Position numbers and translations under genes: made by a program
The notes under the pieces: model-generated
Seen by the model: only the letters and a program-made list of their open reading frames with translations
Told to the model about the DNA's origin: nothing
The model's database searches: none
Shown here: positions 15,083 to 27,773 of the stretch, in pieces
How positions within the stretch are numbered: the stretch's first letter is position 1
How the letters are laid out: the number at the start of each line of letters is the position of its first letter
Origin: Atractiella rhizophila
Taxonomy: Eukaryota
Direction of reading: 5' to 3'
DNA length: 64,000 nucleotides
NCBI GenBank assembly: GCA_021432655.1
Contig: MU271377.1
Location: 1 to 64,000 of the forward strand

Positions 15083-15353
15083 AATTTATACCAAGTTGCA
15101 TTAAATTTGTTGAGTCTAATATTTGATAATGACCGTTTTCTCTGTTGATTTACTCCCCATTGGCTGCAAAAAGGCAGCGAAAGGAGATGAGAATCAGAAT
15201 CATCCGACGAGTCGTCTTGCCGGACCCGAAATGGTCCCCGTGTCGCATTCTCCGCTGAGCTTCCGCACTTTTTCATAACCTCTTCAGCTCAGCGGAGCAC
15301 TTTCACAACGCTCCAACGCAAGACCAGCTGCACCACCGTAGATAGATAGAAGC

Positions 15354-16528
15354 ATGTCACTCCCTCCCCTCCGTCTTTCGAATCCCTCAGCCTGCGCTTC
15401 ACACGAGTACGATTACCTGCTCATTGGCTTCGGCATCGTCTCTTCTGCGCTCTCCCACGCCCTTTCTCAAGCGGGCAAGAAGGTGCTGTGTATCGAGAGA
15501 GACGTTAATACCCCAGATAGAATCGTTGGAGAGCTCTTACAGCCAGGAGGTGCGATCGCTTTGAAGAAGTTGGGATTGGATGGCGTTTGGGATGCCGCGA
15601 AGGAGAAGGCGGGAGAGAAGGGAACTGTGGGAGATGTGGAGGCGAGAGGGTACGAGATTGTGGGAATGGGGAGGACGGTGAACATTCCCTATCCTCCCGC
15701 GAATGTGGCGATGCCTTGGGATGAAGAGTGCGAGAAGCAACAGGTCGGAAAGAGCTTTCACCATGGTGCCTTCCTCCAGTCCTTACGCTCACTCGTACTC
15801 AAACTCAACCCTTCCCTCGACCTCCTCCACGGCACAGTCTCCTCCCTCAATCGGGACCAGGACGGCAGGATCGTCGGCGCTCGAGCGACGTTTAAAAACG
15901 CCACTGCGAGTGGGAGTACCGAGCTCGACTTTACAGCCAAGATTACCATCGTAGTCGACGGGTGCTTCTCCAAGTTCAGACGAGACCTCTTCCCGGACTC
16001 CACATCCTATCCCCTCACTCGCTCCCACTTCGTCGGCCTCGTCCTTCCCGATGCACAGCTCCCCAATCCCAAACACGGCCTCGTCGTCCTCCCCTCGACT
16101 TCCGTCCCTGGCATCGACGTCAAACTCGGCCCAATCCTCTGCTACCAACTCTCGGAGCAGCCACACGAGACCAGGATGCTCGTTGACATCCCTGGCTCGC
16201 TCCCTTCAGCGAAGGATCTGCCGAAAATCATCAACGATCTCGTCATCCCCAACCTTCCTTCGACCATGCGTCCCTCAGTATCCAAATGCTTAGAGCTCGC
16301 CAAATCTGGCTCTCAGGCTCATAGGATTCGAAGCATGCCTAATCAATATCTACCTCCACCTTCCCAGTCTAGCAATAGCCCTATCAAAGGCTGTTTTGCA
16401 GTTGGAGACGCTCTCAATATGCGTCATCCTTTGACCGGTGGCGGAATGACCGTCGGATTCAACGACGCTGTTATTTTGGGAGACCTCTTGCCTACCATCG
16501 ATGAGGGGAATTGGGACGAGGTAGAAGT
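15354..16528 (+). pseudogene. ERG1: 3'-truncated squalene epoxidase copy (probably the second allele)
   Basis: Identical to the 17358 copy except for 2 residues up to DEVEV, where the duplication junction cuts it. Confidence 0.8.
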
Positions 16529-16530
16529 AA

Positions 16531-17093
16531 GGTTCTGGTCAACGAGGGCTACGAAGACTTAGTCAAAACCGTTCGAAAAGTATCCCCACCTCCACCGATA
16601 GAAGCAGGGAAGAGCAACGCGTTGCGTCGCTTAGGACCCCAAGAGAAATCAGCAGTGTATGGCCCCTTCAACTTCCGACAGATCTTCGAATTCGCCCTCC
16701 TCCTACCCCTCAATCTGATACCTTTCGTCGGAGTCCCCCTCTTCATTCTCTTGACTGGATATCGAGCCGGTCCGCTGCAACATTATCGATATTGGAAGTT
16801 TATGGGGATCGAGAAACACAGCAAGCCGTTCGTGGACAAGCATAGGTGGAAATATACAGCGTGGGTGTATACCTTCCCCCTTTTGCCTCCTTTTCTTGCG
16901 GATGGTTCGTTCAACGAATATGCTGACTTTTTTGATCGTGCTTAGGTTGGGAACAAGCCTGCTGTTCTTGCAACTCATTCCCGTCCTCAACATCATATTC
17001 CTCTTAACTAATGCCGCTGGCGCTGCCCTTCTGGTTGTGGATTGGGAGAAGGAGAAGATCGTTGACCAGCCTGAAGGGTATGGAGCCGTTTGA
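16531..17093 (+). pseudogene. 5'-truncated second copy of the RRT8/EI24-like gene
   Basis: Repeats 14521-15082 with SNPs. Confidence 0.8.
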
Positions 17094-17357
17094 AATTTAT
17101 ACCAAGTTGCATTAAATTTGTTGAGTCTAATATTTGATAATGACCGTTTTCTCTGTTGATTTACTCCCCATTGGCTGCAAAAGACAGCGACAGGAGATGA
17201 GAATCATCCGACGAGTCGTCTCGCCGGACCCGAAATGGTCCCCGTGTCGCATTCTCCGCTGAGCTTCCGCACTTTTTCATAACCCTTCAGCTCAGCGGAG
17301 CACTTTCACAACGCTCCAACGCAAGACCAGCTGCATCAGGCGTAGATAGATAGAAGC

Positions 17358-18985
17358 ATGTCACTCCCTCCCCTCCGTCTTTCCAATCCCTCAGCCTGCG
17401 CTTCACACGAGTACGATTACCTGCTCATTGGCTTCGGCATCGTCTCTTCTGCGCTCTCCCACGCGCTTTCTCAAGCGGGCAAGAAGGTGCTGTGTATCGA
17501 GAGAGACGTTAATACCCCAGATAGAATCGTTGGAGAGCTCTTACAGCCAGGAGGTGCGATCGCGTTGAAGAAATTGGGATTGGATGGCGTTTGGGATGCC
17601 GCGAAGGAGAAGGCGGGAGAGAAGGGAACTGTGGGAGATGTGGAGGCGAGAGGGTACGAGATTGTGGGAATGGGGAGGACGGTGAACGTTCCCTATCCTC
17701 CTGCGAATGTGGCGATGCCTTGGGATGAAGAGTGCGAGAAGCAACAGGTCGGAAAGAGCTTTCACCATGGTGCCTTCCTCCAGTCCTTACGCTCCCTCGC
17801 ACTCAAACTCAACCCTTCCCTCGACCTCCTACACGGCACAGTGTCCTCCCTCAATCGGGACCAGGACGGCAGGATCGTCGGCGCTCGAGCGACGTTTAAA
17901 AACGCCACTGCGAGTGGGAGTACCGAGCTCGACTTTACAGCCAAAATTACCATCGTAGTTGATGGGTGCTTCTCCAAGTTCAGACGAGATCTCTTCCCGG
18001 ACTCCACATCCTATCCCCTCACTCGTTCCCACTTCGTAGGCCTCGTCCTTCCCGATGCACAGCTCCCCAATCCCAAACACGGCCTCGTCGTCCTCCCCTC
18101 GACTTCCGTCCCTGGCATCGACGTCAAACTCGGCCCAATCCTCTGCTACCAACTCTCGGAGCAGCCACACGAGACTAGGATGCTCGTTGACATCCCTGGC
18201 TCGCTCCCTTCAGCGAAGGATCTGCCGAAAATCATCAACGATCTCGTCATCCCCAACCTTCCTTCGACCATGCGTCCCTCAGTATCCAAATGCTTAGAGC
18301 TCGCCAAATCTGGCTCTCAGGCTCATAGGATTCGAAGCATGCCTAATCAATATCTACCTCCACCTTCCCAGTCTAGCAATAGCCCTATCAAAGGCTGTTT
18401 TGCAGTTGGAGACGCTCTCAATATGCGTCATCCTTTGACCGGTGGCGGAATGACCGTCGGATTCAACGACGCTGTTATTTTGGGAGACCTCTTGCCTACC
18501 ATCGATGAGGGGAATTGGGACGAGGTAGAAGTCGTCCTCGAGGAATGGGAAAGGCGTCGAAAAGGTGTTTCAGTCTGCGTCAACACTCTAGCGATGGCAT
18601 TATACGCATTGTTCGGTGCAGAAGGTACACATTCTTCTCCCAAGTGAGATATCTGATCTGACGAGTTCTGTCGATAGATGAATGCCTCGACGTCCTCCGC
18701 CGCGGCTGTTTCGCCTACTTCGAACGCGGTGGTCGATCAGTCTCCGACCCCGTCTCCCTCCTCTCCGCCATCCGTCCATCCCCTGGTCTCCTCCTCTACC
18801 ACTTCTTCTACGTCGCCTTCTACAGCATTTACATCCTCTTCGTCCAACCGCGTCCTTCCCCAGACGGAACAGGGAAGAAGGCACCCACCGTGTTGGAGTA
18901 TCCGGCACTGGCTTGGTTGAGCGTCCGCGTGTTTTATACGGCTGCTATGGTCATTTTACCTGTCATTTGGAGGGAAGTGAGGTAG
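17358..18985 (+). CDS. ERG1: Squalene epoxidase; one intron at about 18625-18677
   Basis: DRIVGELLQPGG, SFHHGAF, VDGCFSKFR, GDALNMRHPLTGGGMTV; C-terminal HFFYVAFYSI; TAG at 18983-18985. Confidence 0.95.
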
Positions 18986-21101
18986 ATGGATCTATTTGGT
19001 GCTGTTGCACGTGGGGTTTGTGAATGTGTTAAAAGTTCGGCTTAGAGTAGAGGGTAATGGATAATCGCTGAGAACGGTTTGTGTATATTTGATTTTCTTT
19101 CGAGGAGTGTGTCTTGCGTCGTCTATGCTTATCGGTAGTTCATCACGTTCATACGAGTTGAATATTTTATCTGCTACCATTAATGAAAATTCCATTCGTT
19201 CAGTAATTCTCAGACACAAGAAAGCTTTCTCGAGGCGCTCCGGAAAGTATTACTGCGAACTTTTATTTACATTACATCTGAGCATATTGACTGCTTTTCA
19301 TATGAACACTTTTCCTTTCTACAGGTGCGGGTACAAACTTGTTAAGCGCCAGTTTACAAATAAAGACTCAATCTCAGAGGGTCTCCCATCGCTGATTCCC
19401 CATCGCCTGTGACGACTCTCAGCTTCTCGTCTAGAGCACTCGTGACACGAGAGACGTACCACCAGTCTATTGAAAGCCTCGTCCCTCCTGGTGAGCGCAG
19501 TCACGATCCAATTATCACCCGACTCCGTTTCGATCGATAGACCGTCCACGACTTCGTATCCAAGTAGGTACCCAACAAGCAACTTGCTCTTCCATCCCAA
19601 TCCACCGACCTTCTTCACCGCCTTGACCTCATCGAGCATTGCCGTCCAAACTGGCTTCTCTTCCGCGCGTCTGAAAGCTATGGAAGGAGTCGTAGCCTGA
19701 GTATTGATGACTAAATTCCCCTTCTTTCCTTTATATCGGCAAGCGTAGAGCGAAGGTCCATCCTTCAGCCTCGCCTTTCGAACTTCTTGGTTGCCTGGGA
19801 CAACGCCTAAACGATTCTTGGATGCGTCGGAACCCAGATCTGCCTTAACGTGATCAGCAGTGAGAGTAGTGTTCACTCCGCCCTTTGTGATCGATTTGAA
19901 CGCGCTCAGGAGACGGGAGCCTTTCGAGTGCGTCTCATGTGAAGGGGCGTCAGCAGCAGAGTCGACTCTTTGGTCGTTGTCCTGCGTGACCCACCGTGTT
20001 GGAGTATCCGGCACTGGCTTGGTTGAGCGTCCGCGTGTTTTATACGGCTGCTATGGTCATTTTACCTGTCATTTGGAGGGAAGTGAGGTAGATGGATCTA
20101 TTTGGTGCTGTTGCACGTGGGGTTTGTGAATGTGTTAAAAGTTCGGCTTAGAGTAGAGGGTAATGGATAATCGCTGAGAACGGTTTGTGTATATTTGATT
20201 TTCTTTCGAGGAGTGTGTCTTGCGTCGTCTATGCTTATCGGTAGTTCATCACGTTCATACGAGTTGAATATTCTATCTGCTACCATTAATGAAATTTCCA
20301 TTCGTTCAAGTAATTGTCAGGCACAAGAAAGCTTTCTCGAGGCGCTCCGGAAAGTATTACTGTGAACTTTTATTTACATTACATCTGAGCATATTGACTG
20401 CTTTTCATATGAACACTTTTGCTTTCTACAGGTGCGGGTACAAGCTTGTTAAGCCCCAGTTTACGAATAAGGCTCAAGGAATAATCTCAGAGGGTCTCCC
20501 ATCGCTGATTCCCCATCGCCTGTGACGACTCTCAGCTTCTCGTCTAGAGCACTCGTGACAAAAGAGACGTACCACAAGCCTATTGAAAGCCTCATCCCTC
20601 CTCGTGAGCGCGGTCACGATCCAACTCTCACCCGACTCCGTTTCGATCGATAGACCGTCCACGACTTCGTATCCAAGTAGGTACCCAACAAGCAACTTGC
20701 TCTTCCATCCCAATCCACCGACCTTCTTCACCGCCTTGACCTCATCGAGCATTGCCGTCCAAACTGGCTTCTCTTCCGCACGTCTGAAAGCTATGGAAGG
20801 AGTGGTAGCCTGAGTATTGATGACTAAATTCCCCTTCTTTCCTTTATATCGGCAAGCATAAAGCGAAGGTCCATCCTTCAGCCTCGCCTTTCGGACTTCT
20901 TGGTTGCCTGGGACAACGCCTAAACGATTCTTGGATGCGTCGGAACCCAGGTCTGCTTTAAGGTGGTCAGCAGTGAGAGTCGTATTCACTCCGCCCTTTG
21001 TGATCGATTTGAACGCGCTTAGGAGACGGGAGCCTTTCGAGTGCGTCTCATGTGAAGCGGTGTCAGCAGTAGAGTCGACTCTTTGGTCGTTGTCCTGCGT
21101 G
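18883..21101 (+). repeat. Direct tandem duplication 2: unit A 18883-19988, unit B 19989-21101
   Basis: Junction ...tcctgcgtg|acccaccgtgttgg...; duplicates the ERG1 3' end and the DUF3292 3' end. Confidence 0.95.
19374..19988 (-). pseudogene. 5'-truncated copy of the DUF3292 gene
   Basis: Near-identical to 20487-21101. Confidence 0.75.
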
Positions 21102-22898
21102 GGAAGCGGAGTGGTCATTTCGTCAGAGGGAGTCGCCGCTTTCCCGGTCACACTTGGAGGTGGCTAGTTCGCCTCGTCAAAACGAGAACAAAACAAAGAG
21201 TTGAAGATAGCTTACCGGAAGAGGAGCATTCGCTTGCTCCGCCGTGCGGAGGAGGGTGATGGCAACCTGGGCATTAGTTGGGATACCCTTAAGGATCGAG
21301 TTCCTAAGTTCGAGCCAGCGCGTCCAGTGAGGATAATGTTTGTTGAGATACTCGACAGGTTTCATGATGACTGGTTGAGAGAAGAAGATCGCTCCGGACA
21401 AGAGCGTAGTGCCTTTGACAAGCGCTTGTGAAGAGATGAAAGGACTGATGAGTAGCACTGGCAGGACTAAAGCCGCCATTCGAAATCTGGACAATTGAGA
21501 AAACGGAGGTTTTGGAGACAGTGCGCTATGATCCAAGGTTAACGCAAAAGCAAGAGGACAATACAAGTGACCGCTTACTTTCCAAACCTCTCCCATGTAT
21601 CAATCACGTCTTGCATCACCGCTATCACCACATCCATCGAGTCCCAGATGCCCTTCTCCACCTTCTGTCTCGCCTCAGTCTCCGTATCCAACTTTCCTTC
21701 CTCTTCCAAACCTCCGTCAGGATTCACAGTCTCACCAACTTGCGCGGCACGTTCTGCCTTCTTCCTAGCATGAGTTCCTTGAGTCAACGCCTTTTCGGGA
21801 TCAGGCACCATCTCTGTGTCTCCACCAGGATTGTTATCCGCGGCGCCTTTACCAGTAACAGACCCTTGATCACAAAAGGATCATCATCAGTCGACGTAAT
21901 CAGAACAAAGTCAAATGACGAACCAACAGCTACAGCCGCTATGGAGTCCACAACAGCTTCCGCTTCACTCTCAGCTGCCGCACCCGCATATGCCTCCCTT
22001 GCAGTCGTTGCTCCGCTTCCCGATATGTGGGCTTGTGGTGGGGGAGGCAAGACCATTGGTCTGACAGATGGTACTAGAATAAGGACGAAAAGTGTGAGTG
22101 TATAAGCTGTGATGAGGTGGTCGAGGAGCCAGACGATGGCGAAGAAGAGAGCGTGAGTGAGAGTCAAATAGAAGTCTTCCCATGAACGAAGATAGACGAT
22201 CCGTCCACCAAGGTGCATCAAAGGCGTTACCTGTGTAAATGATGAGCCACACGTTTATGAAATGAAGAGGGAGAAAACATACAATCTCAATGTATCCTCT
22301 TTCCAGAACAGCCCTGAGTTTTTCGGGCGAAAACTTGACGTGGTCGGCTCGATTGAGGTCAAGCTTGCCATCGAAGTCAAGCGGCTTTTCTGTCTTCCTA
22401 ATGCTCGCAGTAGACTAATTGTATGAAGTATGAGCCCACGGGACGCTGCAAAACAGATTAATTACCATGTTGAACCTCCTTATGAGCATCCAGACTTCGT
22501 CATTCGTCCAGCCATCCACAAAACTGGGCAGTTCACCAGGCTGGGTCAAAGATTGCCAACCGAGGTTATGTGTTCCTTCCTCCGCGTCGCTGGGCTCCAC
22601 CACCTTCCCTTCTCCGGGATGAACAGGGGAGCCTCCTTTCAAATCAATTTCCTTCTTGGCTTCTTCCTAAATCCGTGAGAGGACGTATGAAGAATAGACA
22701 AGAAGACACACCTGATTCCATGAGATGCACATTGGAGGTAGCGAGAGCGTGAGAATCTGATATGTGGTCTTTCATACCCGTACCTTCGCTTGGTTGCAAT
22801 GAAACGTCAGGCTGGGCAGCTGCCTGCCTCGTCTGATGAGGGACTGTGTCCGGAGTTGGATCAAGCATGCGGTCGACTTTGTTAGATAGCGATTCCAT
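20487..22898 (-). CDS. DUF3292-family membrane protein; multi-exon
   Basis: HNLGW..WTNDEVWMLIRRFN, FSPEKLR, IDTWERFG, LKGIPTNAQVAITLLR, KKVGGLGWKSKLLVG, RRDEAFNRLVAMGNQRWETL. Confidence 0.8.
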
Positions 22899-23484
22899 TT
22901 CGTCGCTTTTGTTAAATTTGCCCTTTTATGGCGTAGTAGGAAGTAAGTGAAGGTAGTTGACGGATTGGAGAGCAGGGCCTTCAAGCCAGCCAGCTCCTCT
23001 TAAATGGGATGTGGTGACGTAATTAGAATTGGTCCCAACTCAGATTTCGATGAGTGTGAAATCGATGCAACCATTTCCGAAGTTGAGCGTCAACCCCAGA
23101 GGCGCAGAGCGAGAACCGCGTAGAATTCTGGGAGAATAGAAGAGGAAACAGGCAGAGTTGTTGAGAGACAAGCGCGATCCCACCTCTAAAGAACGGACAA
23201 GACAACTTGATACGTTAGCTCACATATTAACTGTCATTAGAGATATGGCTGGTATGATGCTCTACTTCTCCCTTCTGCCATCCTGCTGGTGCATACAGCG
23301 TCCTATCTTGTGATGGGGACTTCAAAGATTCACACAGGAGAGGACAAATAACACCACACAAGAGAGCGGACGGAAAAAACGCGAGATAAAGTTGATCAGA
23401 TCGTGACAGGTATCTCCCAACTCCCAACTCGACTTGAACGCTCGAACGCCCAGTACTATCAAGCGAAAGAGCTAGAAGCGCACC

Positions 23485-24992
23485 ATGGCACCACAGATTA
23501 ACGACACATCCTTCAATCCCGTTTCTCTGTCTTCTTCCTCGCTCTCCTTCTCCGTCCTCCCCTTCGGGCTCACCTTCTATTCCTTCCAACTCAGACAAAA
23601 TGGCAACGAAACAGAGCTCCTCATTGGGCCACAAAAGCCAGAGGAGCATGCGCAAGTTCGAAGATTCAGAAATCAGACTGTGGGACGTTATGCTAATCGG
23701 TCTGTTCATGCTGCTCTGTTGAGACAAGGACTAATAGATCGCGTTGGAAGACTTCCTGCAGGCGAATGGACCGCATGTGATGGAAGCACAAAGCTCAATC
23801 TCGACGTAGTGGGTACGTTGCCTCCTCATCCTCTCCTTCCTCGTCTGTTTGGCTGGAGGAGGACTAGGGAGACCCTCTCTCAAAACACCGACATCCCTCC
23901 TCTCCTCGAATTTAGCCGACAAGGCATCCACTAACTTTGCTTTCTTTCAAATTCCAACACAGAACCTCCGTCTGTCTGCTTGCATGGCGGACAATCCTCT
24001 CTCGACCAACGCACTTGGACAGCGCTTCCGCTAGAGTCCACTTCGCTCTTCCCCTCTGTCCCGAAAGAAAATGCGTTGCTCTTTCAGCTCCAATCTCCTG
24101 ATGGAGACAATGGATTCCCTGGCGATTTGCTCGTCCAGGTGCTTATGACCCTCGACGGTAATAAGGCACGTCCTGTTTTGTCTTCTTCTTTGACTCACAT
24201 ATTGATGAACGGTATGGAATAGTTCAAGTATGTTATCAAAGCAGCTCTGGAAGGCGACGCGCCGGCCACACCAGTGAACTTGACCGTACGCGTCCTCACC
24301 TTCCATCGATGTCGTCACTGACCCGTTACGATTTTCAGGTACATTGGGGATTCAATTTCGGAGGCGACCACACCGCCAAGGATTATGCTATGTGGGCTGA
24401 ATGCGACAAAGTGGTCGTCGTCAACTCCTCCGATGCTCTTCCAACTGGAGAACTGGGAGACGTGAAAGGCACCATCTTTGATTTCAACCAAGGTGGGCCG
24501 GAAGATTTGAAGGGGATTAGGAAATTTGGGGACGTGTGGGACGAGGAGAATGGAGTTGGTGCGTCACATCTTTCCTTCCCATTTCGAGCATAGCAGACAT
24601 ATGAAGGTCGTTGACGTATGCATCCATTAGACCACTGTCTCGTATTCGCCAATCCGAGCTCGACGTCCCCAAAGCTCATCCTCGTCGGCCCTTCTTCCTC
24701 CACCCCACGACCAGTGCTCACTTTCACGTCGAACCAACCAGCGGTTCAATGCTACACCGCCAAATTCTTTGATGGAGATGGTACCCGTCGAGCTTCACAT
24801 TCTTCTTCTACCGATGGGAAAGGAGGATACGAGAAGTTCCAAGCGACGTTCCTCGAGTTTCAGGGAGTCATCGGCGCTTGTTTGCCTGGAAAGGAGTTTG
24901 ATACCCTCAGAGAGAAGAATGGCGGAGATAGCATCTTGAAGAAAGGAGAAGTGTATGAGAATTGGGTTGAGGTGGAGGTCGGGACGATTTAG
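23485..24992 (+). CDS. Aldose 1-epimerase / galactose mutarotase-like protein; multi-exon
   Basis: NQTVGRYANR, CMHGG, SPDGDNGFPGDL, PVNLTVHWGFN, SNQPAVQCYT, TFLEFQ. Confidence 0.85.
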
Positions 24993-25390
24993 GAGGATGC
25001 AATTGCTTATATGAATGCTGAGAATAAAAATTAAAGGTACAATAGGTTGGAAGTGTATGAATGTCTCAATTGTATTATCACCTGGCGGTGTGTTTGGTTC
25101 GTGGAATCAACTTGTTGGACAGCCACCTGAGCAGCTAGCTTCGAGCATTTGCTTTGATGATAAGGGTCAAAGGAGACGAAGATGACTAAGAAGTTATCGC
25201 CATTCATCGTTGAGAGCCCACATCTCTACCCAGCCATCACAATTACAACCATGCATACCCTTACCTTAACGGGCACATCGTGCAGCAATACGGTTGGGGA
25301 ATCAGATGCGCGTCCACTGCCAATGAGACCGTCGTGGTGAAGTCTTCTTTTGATTCGTCTATTTATCTCTGAGAACAGCTCCAGTCCAGT

Positions 25391-26452
25391 ATGGAGGAAA
25401 TAAGGAGGTCACCAAGACGAACAGCTTACTCTCGAGTCCCTCATGAAATATTCTTAGAAATTTTTGGATACCTCAAAAAGAAGGATGTCTTGGGTGTCGC
25501 TTTGACCTGAGATATGGTCTCCATTATCTGAGCCTCAGCTCTACGAAACCCTACTCATACGCAAGGGAGCTATCTTCAATGTGACTGATCACAAGGCTCT
25601 TCCTGCAGCTTTTCCCGTCGCCCAGAGCGTGCGAAATTCGTAATAGGAGCAACGCTGATAAGCAAGAGAACGACATTGCTTTCAGACTGGCTGTCCCTGC
25701 TTTCCAACTGTCCAAATATCCGACTTCTACAGATAAAGATACGCCTTCTTGCTGATGCGGAAGCTCTTACTACTCTTTCCACATTTTCTATACGGGGATA
25801 AACAGTCAGAAATCTTAATTGCGTGTCTCTCGACAAAGTTTTGGACGCTCACGCTGTCCAGCGTCGGCATTCCCAAGGATCGCGTCGTTCTAGTTCCTAT
25901 GGCTACTCTTGAACGTCGCGCTTGGTTGCTCGTCGACATCCCTCCCATCCTTTGGGAAATCTTAATTGCAGCACGACACACGCTAATCCGCTTTCATCTT
26001 ACCTTCGCAGAATGAAGTGGTCATCTTGGTTTGTTGGTGAAGTTGAGGTTGCAGGAAAATTTCGTGACTTCGGATTGAGTTATTTATGGCCTACTCAACC
26101 ATCTTTGGATGACCTCATTGGTGGTCTAAAAAGTCTTGAAGTTCTTCGCTGCAAAGGATTGACGTTTTCGACAGATGTGGTGCCAGGTCTGCCCCTAAGC
26201 CTTCAAATGCTCGAGCTAGGTTTATTGGGGAGATTTCGACGTGGTTACGATGCATCCATCGCCCATCACTTGCAGACAATGCTGAGCGTTCATGGGAAGA
26301 GAAATTTGAGGCATATTCACATCGTTCCTGACATTGGGATGACCAGAGAAACTTTACAGCGTGATGCTCTAGGAATTGTGTGTGTAAAGGAGGGCATTGA
26401 CATAGTCATACTCGTGTTCATCCATGACCTGAGAGGGTGGGTAGTCAATTAA
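25391..26452 (+). pseudogene. Disrupted F-box/LRR-like gene, paralog of the 31641 family
   Basis: RVPHEIFLEIFGYL..VALT followed by a stop. Homologous blocks (FSRRPERAKFV, LSDWL..CPNIR, LEVLRC) fall in different frames. Confidence 0.75.
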
Positions 26453-26512
26453 CAATGTTCTGAAGTTGGAGCACTTGTAATATTTCTGGATATGGAAGCG
26501 AAATCCTGGCCA

Positions 26513-27773
26513 CTACTCTTCCTGTTTAAGAAATCGGTTCCAGAAAGCTTCAAGCAGTCCCAGCTCGCCAGCAGCTGTCATTGCCACAGATATCAGTAGC
26601 CCCCGCAGCCTGATCTCCGAATTGCTGCATAAATTCAACCGCTTCCTGCTCCGCCTCCTCCAATGCATTTGCTAGCAATCTGACAACATCCGCAATGGTT
26701 TCCCTTCTGCGCCCAGAGCATACTGCCAAATCGTATCAGCTGAAATTTGAGGCGACTGCCTCACAACAGTTTCAGCGAACAGGATCCAATCATAACCATT
26801 CTTAGCATTCAAGGTCCCATGGTGCTGGTAGAAACGGATTGTCACCGAGGTGTCCTCTGATGAAGGAAGGATGTACACTCCGCAGGATCTACGCTCTTGT
26901 TGAGGTGAACAGAAGAGGCTGACCAGTTCCGATTTGGTTGCAGCGGCCATGATTTGCTCCACTTTATCCGACAATTCTAAGTCATAGAAGGACACAATAT
27001 CGCCATTCCTCCCGCATAACGCGTCCTCTTTCGGATAATTGACTTGTATTTGATCCATGATGTCTAAGAACGGCATGAGGAGTGCTCTAACCATAGGACG
27101 GATCCTTACCCTCGCATAGAAAGGAGAATGCACATATTTGCTGCAGCTGAGCCAATATATAGTCTTCACCAAACGGTCCTACATGTAGCGATGCAACAAT
27201 CAACATCGACGAAAAAAAGGGAAGAAAAACGTACCGATGTCGACAGTCAGCGCCTGTGGGATGACGTGGTATTCGTCGCATCTAATGACATAGTCCAGTT
27301 TGGCAATTTCATCATGCCACGTCAGTGGACTAATGTCTTCCATATCGAAGACCCTTGAGAAAATCTTGGATGTTGGGTATCCCTGATTATTTTCCGATCG
27401 GCCCTTCTCAATAAAGATACCATCCACATCAATCTTCATGGTAAGAGCTCGTCGATGTAGCCTTTGCGACATTTGTATTGATGGTAAGTAGCAAGTGTCG
27501 TGGGATCCCAGTTTCACATCGAGGCTTTTATACCTCTTTGCGTGCCATAAAGAAAAGGCGAACAACTCGGTCCTTGTTCAACCCCACTCACTCCCTTTGA
27601 ACATTGAAGGGAACCGAGTCCTTCTTCGAGTGATAAAGGGAAGTGCGGATTATTTGTTTTGAGTCGAGCGTCCTTCATGGAGGGAAGGAGCCGACAATCC
27701 CAACTTGTTCAAGTCTGTCGTAAGTGGCAAATAAAGGGAATTGAGGACGGTAATGAAGAAGGTAGTGCGGCAT
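26513..27773 (-). pseudogene. Degenerate amidoligase-like (Amidoligase_2/COOH-NH2 ligase) sequence
   Basis: SLHVG and TIRFYQHHGTLNAKNGYDWILFAETVV resemble the family motifs LHVHVG and TIEFRQHxGTLD..W..F...LV. The sequence contains stops and frame changes. Confidence 0.45.

Larger units (their letters stand above)
14520..18532 (+). repeat. Direct tandem duplication 1: unit A 14520-16528, unit B 16530-18532
   Basis: Near-identical 2.0-kb units. Junction ...gaggtagaagt-a-aggttctggtc... fuses ERG1 coding sequence to an RRT8-like exon. Confidence 0.95.

Noticed and set aside
16511..16945. Chimeric ORFs at duplication seams (also 19319, 32957, 44402)
   Set aside because: Products of the junctions, which are probably assembly artefacts.
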